Assembly: GCF_964204645.1 (NCBI RefSeq)
Contig: NC_134035.1
Span: 5,208,001 to 5,272,000 of the forward strand
Length of the DNA stretch: 64,000 nt
From: Tubulanus polymorphus
Taxonomy: Eukaryota; Animalia; Nemertea
Direction: 5' to 3'
The notes below the pieces were generated by a model. The model worked only from the letters and a program-made list of their open reading frames with translations. It was not told where the DNA came from and did no database searches. This document shows positions 62,517 through 64,000 of the stretch, piece by piece. Both the position numbers and the translations under genes were made by a program. How positions within the stretch are numbered: the first letter of the stretch is position 1; each line of letters opens with the position of its first letter.

Positions 62517-64000
62517 CTGAAAAAACAAACACAAAATACACAATATTTCTATTATATAAATCAATTAATTCTACAGGATGGCCACTTTTATTTGACTCCC
62601 TTTTTCCCTGACCTTAACCTGACATGCACAGGTCAGTGTTGCTCAAAAGTTGGTTAGAGTTAACCAATGGTTAGTTGACATATTGACAGAGTGATAATCA
62701 AAAGATCATTATTACTACGCTATTTTTCTACCAGTTATGTTTAACCAACTTTTGAGCAACTGACCCCATGTTGTTGATGTGCTAAGAACCCAATCAATTA
62801 ACACAGTCAAATAGGTAAGACATGGACGGAAACTGTTTGATTATACGCGCGATCTAGCGATCTCAACAAATTTCCCTGACTTTCCCTGATTTGAGCTATT
62901 TCATAAAATTCCTGACTTTTCTAAAGAAAATAAATTTCTCACAAAACAGGTACCGGGTTAAGGGGGTTATGAAGACCTTTCTAGATATGGCTAAAAGTAA
63001 TATTTTGATCATATATTGTTCAGATATTTTCTCTGGGTTTTATCCAGGAAGAAAGACACTCTAATTATTTGGATGGATATATGAAAGCTGTGGGTACTGG
63101 AGTGTGTAATGGGTAGTGTAGTGTGATCTGTGTGCATTTGTGGCCAGCACACAGATCACATTGTTCAATGGGGTTTGGTCCAGGACTCGCGAGATTTTCA
63201 ACAACACGGAAGTAACGTGTAATAAATGATGACTTGAATTGCATGACTACCTACCACCCCTCATTATTGTTGGAAAACTAAACGTTTGGCACTGACTAAA
63301 AATTAGTAATAACATTTTAGAAATGGCCAGAATTTTAACTTAGGTTCTATCTCATTTTTATTTTACAATTGCGATTGGTATAATTTTATTTTAAACGGCC
63401 GTTAAGGCTTCATGTTTCGTCTGCAATTCACTGCAAATAGTTACGCAACTACGCACATTTCAGTGTTTTTGGCAGCTGTACACTCAATCGGCACGGTTCG
63501 TGACTAGCTTCACTGCTGAATTATGATTAATTAACATCGCCATATCACATCAGCAACTTATATTGTGCCTTAAAACCCTAACAGCTGAAATAATTGAAAC
63601 GCACACACGATTTCTATCACTGAAAATTGAGAGAGTGGCCATGTTTGTGTTTGCTGCTTCGCGTAAATCCCGCACGGTGGCGCAACCGCGCGGAGTGGGG
63701 CAGATACGTCCAGTACTGGACCATAAGAGCGTACTGAATCCGTAAACTTGTGTAGTATCCCGGCCTAGCCTGTGCCATCCCGTGTGATACTAGTAGTATG
63801 TGCTGCATACATAGCCAGCCAGCAGTATGTTGTATACACTAGCTTTTGAGTAGGTCACACGCCAGTACGCTCAGCGAAAAGTGCGTATCTCTTACTTATA
63901 GATATTGCATTCGTGGAAATAGCGTCATTTGGAAGAGCAAAAGGCTGTCAGATAATAGAAAACATACATTTTGTGTATCCAAGTTTAAATGCTGTCATAT

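Overview
Eukaryotic, AT-rich, intron-containing animal DNA (compact invertebrate-type genome; taxon not determinable from the window). Genes: 5' end of BBS2 (-), mitochondrial release factor MTRF1L (+), an OATP/SLCO transporter (+), two tandem, very intron-dense proteinase-K-like S8 proteases (+), VCPIP1 (-), tRNA-Arg(ACG) (+) and the last two exons of an LRP4-like receptor (-). The dominant structure is a ~28-kb inverted-repeat unit. Arms at 5746-10309 and 27648-33699 enclose MTRF1L and most of SLCO. Each arm contains a nested fold-back element made of two old diverged ~950-bp inverted arms around an 81-bp satellite array. The left arm also carries an inverted, still in-frame copy of the last 81 SLCO codons plus a shortened 3'UTR with its AATAAA, so recombination between the arms could invert the cassette and swap the SLCO 3' end (hypothesis). 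Also present: many MITEs with readable TSDs, a 162-bp spacerless palindrome, Penelope-type minimal hammerhead motifs, a TIR element carrying a tRNA-like Pol III cassette, and a candidate spliced lncRNA bracketed by hairpin repeats. All alignments and exon boundaries were made by eye.
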